From a virus (Duplodnaviria; Caudoviricetes), in IMG/VR virus record IMGVR_UViG_3300030376_003912, positions 1 through 37,361 of that record: a stretch of DNA of 37,361 nucleotides; one strand, written 5' to 3'. A model generated the notes under the pieces. The model was not told where the DNA came from. It saw only the letters and a list, made by a program, of their open reading frames with translations, and ran no database searches. The translations under genes and the position numbers were made by a program. This document shows positions 34,145 to 37,361 of the stretch, one piece after another; positions within the stretch are counted from its first letter, which is position 1, and every line of letters begins with the position of its first letter.

Positions 34145-34924
34145 TTAGTTGATGAGTTCCTGCCAGGTAGCCGGACCCACTACGCCATCAACAGTTAGCG
34201 ATTCTTGCCTTTGGAAAAGCCGGACTGCTCTGTCTGTGCCAGAACCAAAAATTCCATCTATGCCGATTCCTTGACGAGTTCGTTTCTTAGATTTAGCTGT
34301 CGGAATGTTCTGGTTCTCTAAAAGCATTTGCAAAAACTTGACTGCTTCTCCTCTGGAACCTCTACGGAGAACATGTTTTCTGGCTCGTTCAACACCTTCA
34401 GCGATTATTTGCAGTGGGTGTTTCTCTGGTGCCGGAGGCGTGTAAGTTGTTCCGTCAAGTGCTGGCGCTGGAAACCAACCCCATTGTCCGTTTGCTTGTT
34501 TGCCGTATGGCTGGTGATGCCACCATTCAGATTTTACGGTTGGGTAAAGTCCAAATGTCTTTGCAATATTATTTGTCTCCCACGTTGAGATGGCGCTTTT
34601 TTTAATGATGCGAAAATCAACTGCATACCCTAGCGCGACACCTGTCGCAGTAGGATTGTCTGGATCAAAAGATTGGCACATATGGAAGCTTCCGCGCCAT
34701 ACGGTTCCTGGCCGAACATAATTTGGATTCGCTGCGAGGTTGCCTTTCCCTGCTAAAAATTTTTCATATAAGGCTGATTGCTGGGCCACCGTCCTAACTG
34801 CCGAGCAGACACTTACGTTTCCACGAATTTGTGGGTGGTCAAAAAATGCTGTCAGTCTTGTTTTGAAACGAGGGTGCAACTCATCAAGACGGACCCATTG
34901 AGAAGTTGTTGGTATGTCTGTCAT
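34145..34924 (-). CDS. Peptidase M15-like cell-wall hydrolase with C-terminal PG-binding domain
   Basis: S..RT..QQ, SFH, AVD, EWWH; GSRGEAVK.LQ...DGIFG..T...V..FQ...DGVVGPATW. Confidence 0.85.
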   Translation of the reverse strand: MTDIPTTSQWVRLDELHPRFKTRLTAFFDHPQIRGNVSVCSAVRTVAQQSALYEKFLAGKGNLAANPNYVRPGTVWRGSFHMCQSFDPDNPTATGVALGYAVDFRIIKKSAISTWETNNIAKTFGLYPTVKSEWWHHQPYGKQANGQWGWFPAPALDGTTYTPPAPEKHPLQIIAEGVERARKHVLRRGSRGEAVKFLQMLLENQNIPTAKSKKRTRQGIGIDGIFGSGTDRAVRLFQRQESLTVDGVVGPATWQELIN

Positions 34925-35091
34925 ATTTTTACTGCATCTCCTGAAGCTACAACCGTTTTTACTTGTGCGGCGGTGGCTTCAAACTGGTCGCCGTATTGAA
35001 ACTGTGAAGCGCCAAGAATTAGTCCCTTCTCAAATGTTCCGGTTACTTGATTGAAATACATTTGGTTACATTCCACGCGATATCTGCTCAT
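34921..35091 (-). CDS. Small protein (56 aa; not in ORF track)
   Basis: ATGA overlaps at both ends; MSRYRV...GDQFEA resembles 10824-11027. Confidence 0.6.
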   Translation of the reverse strand: MSRYRVECNQMYFNQVTGTFEKGLILGASQFQYGDQFEATAAQVKTVVASGDAVKI

Positions 35092-35807
35092 GCCGCTTGT
35101 GGTTCAGGTAGTTCAACTTCAAGCCGTCTGGCACGACCACCGATTGAATAGCCGCGCAGCTCTCCGTCTTTTACTAAGTCCCATGCCCAACTGTCCCAAA
35201 TGACTCCCATGAAAGGAGTGTCTTTAGGAAAGCGGTATTTAGTGACTCCTTGATTCGGAACATCTAACGACGTTTCAATTTCAAAAGGCCATGTCAGTAG
35301 CTCCACCATTTCACCAGCCGGTTTGTCTGTGTGTTGAAGGTAAATTGTGCGATCACCTTTTTGTACCCAATCCCACAATGATTTTTGTAGGTCTTTGGCT
35401 GTGATGGTTTCACCGTCTGAATCTTCTAAACCTGGAACGTAAACAGGGGCAAGTGTGAACCGATCTTCTTCTTTGATTACCGGAACTGTTAAAGAAACTG
35501 CCGCCAATTTTTGTTCTATATTTCCTGTCGTGTACGGAGGGGAATATCCTCTGCCTTCTAATTCGTATTCTATAAGATCATGGGCCGCTACCAGTTCATC
35601 TGATGAAGCTGCTTTGTGGCAGCCATCATGTAAATGTATGAGTTGGTCGTCAGGCATTTCGCCGAGTTTCTTGCCGAAGCGTTCTATCTGTGCGAGTCGT
35701 GCCTCTGCTAATTCTCTATTCTGGTAGCAGCCAAAGTTGCGTCCTGTCTCGTATGAGTAGACGCAGAACTGATTGCCCTCTTGTTCTATTCGTTTCTGAA
35801 AAGACAT
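35088..35807 (-). CDS. XkdF-like prohead serine protease
   Basis: VYVP...D.DG, LQH, W..VK.GELRGYSIGG; GGGAGA RBS before ATG 35807. Confidence 0.8.
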   Translation of the reverse strand: MSFQKRIEQEGNQFCVYSYETGRNFGCYQNRELAEARLAQIERFGKKLGEMPDDQLIHLHDGCHKAASSDELVAAHDLIEYELEGRGYSPPYTTGNIEQKLAAVSLTVPVIKEEDRFTLAPVYVPGLEDSDGETITAKDLQKSLWDWVQKGDRTIYLQHTDKPAGEMVELLTWPFEIETSLDVPNQGVTKYRFPKDTPFMGVIWDSWAWDLVKDGELRGYSIGGRARRLEVELPEPQAA

Positions 35808-35869
35808 TACATTCTCCCGACAGTCATATTTGTATCCTAATATAAGATTACGAGAAGGTGTTGAAGGTT

Positions 35870-37361
35870 CACGCAACTGGTGGTAATTTTTTACTGAATA
35901 AAAACGACGCAACTGGGTTTCTCAACTGGCTTACTGAATAAAAACCACGCAACCACGTAAAAGCCGTATTCAATAAAAACCACGTAAAAGCCGTATTCAA
36001 TAAAAACCGCCACGCTGGATATCCTGCAACGCGCCACGCTGGTGATCTTGCGACGCAAAAGCGCCTATATTTACTGAACCAAAAGAGACAACTTTGCATA
36101 ATTAAACTACTTTTTCAGAGCTAAACCGGATTTAAGCCTGATTTTCCGGTGATGCAACTGGGTTACTGAATAAAAACGCCGCAAAAACACGGTCACAACT
36201 GGTCATAATTACACTACTTTTTCAAAATCGCCACGCTGGATATCTTGCGACGCAACTGGCTTACTGAATAAAAACGCCGCAACTCGGTTTCTCAACTCGT
36301 TTACTGAATAAAAACGCCGCAACTAGCTTTTGCACCTGGAAACCGCCACGCTGGATATCCTGCAACGCGCCTTGCTGGTGATGTCTTGCACGCAAAAGCG
36401 CCTATATTTACTGAACCAAAAGAGACAACTGGTCATAATTACACTACTTTTTCAGAGCTAAACCGGATTTAAGCCTGATTTTCCGGCGATGCAACTCGTT
36501 TACTGAATAAAAACCACACAAAAACACGGTGACAACTTTGCATAATTAAACTACGTTTTTAGAGCCGCCACGCTGGATATCCTGCGACGCAACTGGCTTT
36601 CTGAATAAAAACGCCGCAACTCGGTTTCTCAACTGGCTTTCTGAATAAAACCACGCAACCAGATATTCAGAAACAAAAGCCGTTACTTTTTTACTGAATA
36701 AAAAAACCAACTAGGTTTTGCACCCTAGAAATCAGCTTCTCAACTGGCTTTCTGAATAAAAACCACGCAAAAGCCGTATTCAGCTATAAAACCGCCACGC
36801 TGGTGATCTTGCGACGCAACTCGGTTACTGAATAAAACCACGCAACCAGATATTCAGAAACAAAAGCCGTTACTTTTTTACTGAATAAAAACCACGCAAA
36901 AGCCGTATTGAATAAAAACCACGCAAAAGCCGTTACTTTTTTACTGAATAAAAACCACGCAACCACGATTTCAGCTATAAAACCGCCACGCTGGTGATGT
37001 CTCACACTCAAAAGCCGTTAGTTTTTACTGAATAAAAACCACGCAACCAGATATTCAGAAACAAAAGCCGTTAGTTTTTACTGAATAAAAACCACGCAAC
37101 CAGATATTCAGACATAAAAGCCGTACTGAATAAAAACGACGCAAAAGCGTTTCGCAACTCGGTTTCTGAATAAAAACGACGCAAAAGCGTTTCGCAACTG
37201 GCTTACTGAATAAAAACGACGCAAAAGCGTTTCGCAACTGGCTTACTGAATAAAAACCACGCAAAAGCGTTTCGCAACTCGCTTACTGAATAAAAACCAC
37301 GCAAAAGCGTTTCGCAACTCGCTTACTGAATAAAAACCACGCAACCACGATTTCAGAATCG
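35870..37361. repeat. Modular repeat array, right part
   Basis: Many CTGAATAAAAAC cores; 40-bp tandem units at ~37140-37345; higher-order duplication ~36005-36300 vs ~36343-36640. Confidence 0.95.

Noticed and set aside
35869-37264. ORFs in the repeat array (also 81-281, and the 35808-35912 extension of the protease)
   Set aside because: Translations simply mirror the repeat; no RBS; a better start exists at 35807.
35870-37361. CRISPR array
   Set aside because: Sequences between cores are themselves repeated modules of variable length, not unique spacers; no cas genes.

Overview
This looks like a near-complete, probably circularly permuted ~37 kb siphovirus-type phage genome. A WhiB-family gene and many leaderless starts point to an actinobacterial host (inference). 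The minus strand carries packaging, head, tail and lysis genes (387-22302) and a second small block (33881-35807). The plus strand (22386-33636) carries early, replication and DNA-methylase genes. No integrase, polymerase or helicase was recognised. Both ends belong to one ~1.8 kb modular non-coding repeat array. The most striking unexplained feature is a family of seven related promoters. Six of them start transcripts with a conserved leader (ATGAAGCAAAC...AAAGGAG...ATG, two in-frame starts). At the end of the early arm, a structured RNA (33698-33788) exposes a sequence complementary to that leader, which suggests a phage-encoded master antisense sRNA. It sits in a string of RNA modules: a tRNA-like minihelix, a boxA-like motif, a three-way junction and a terminator. 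Other notable points are a promoter that drives only a small hairpin RNA, an apparently split XkdF prohead protease, tandem paralogous tail-tube genes and an overprinted methylase frame. All protein calls come from motif recognition by eye, not database searches.
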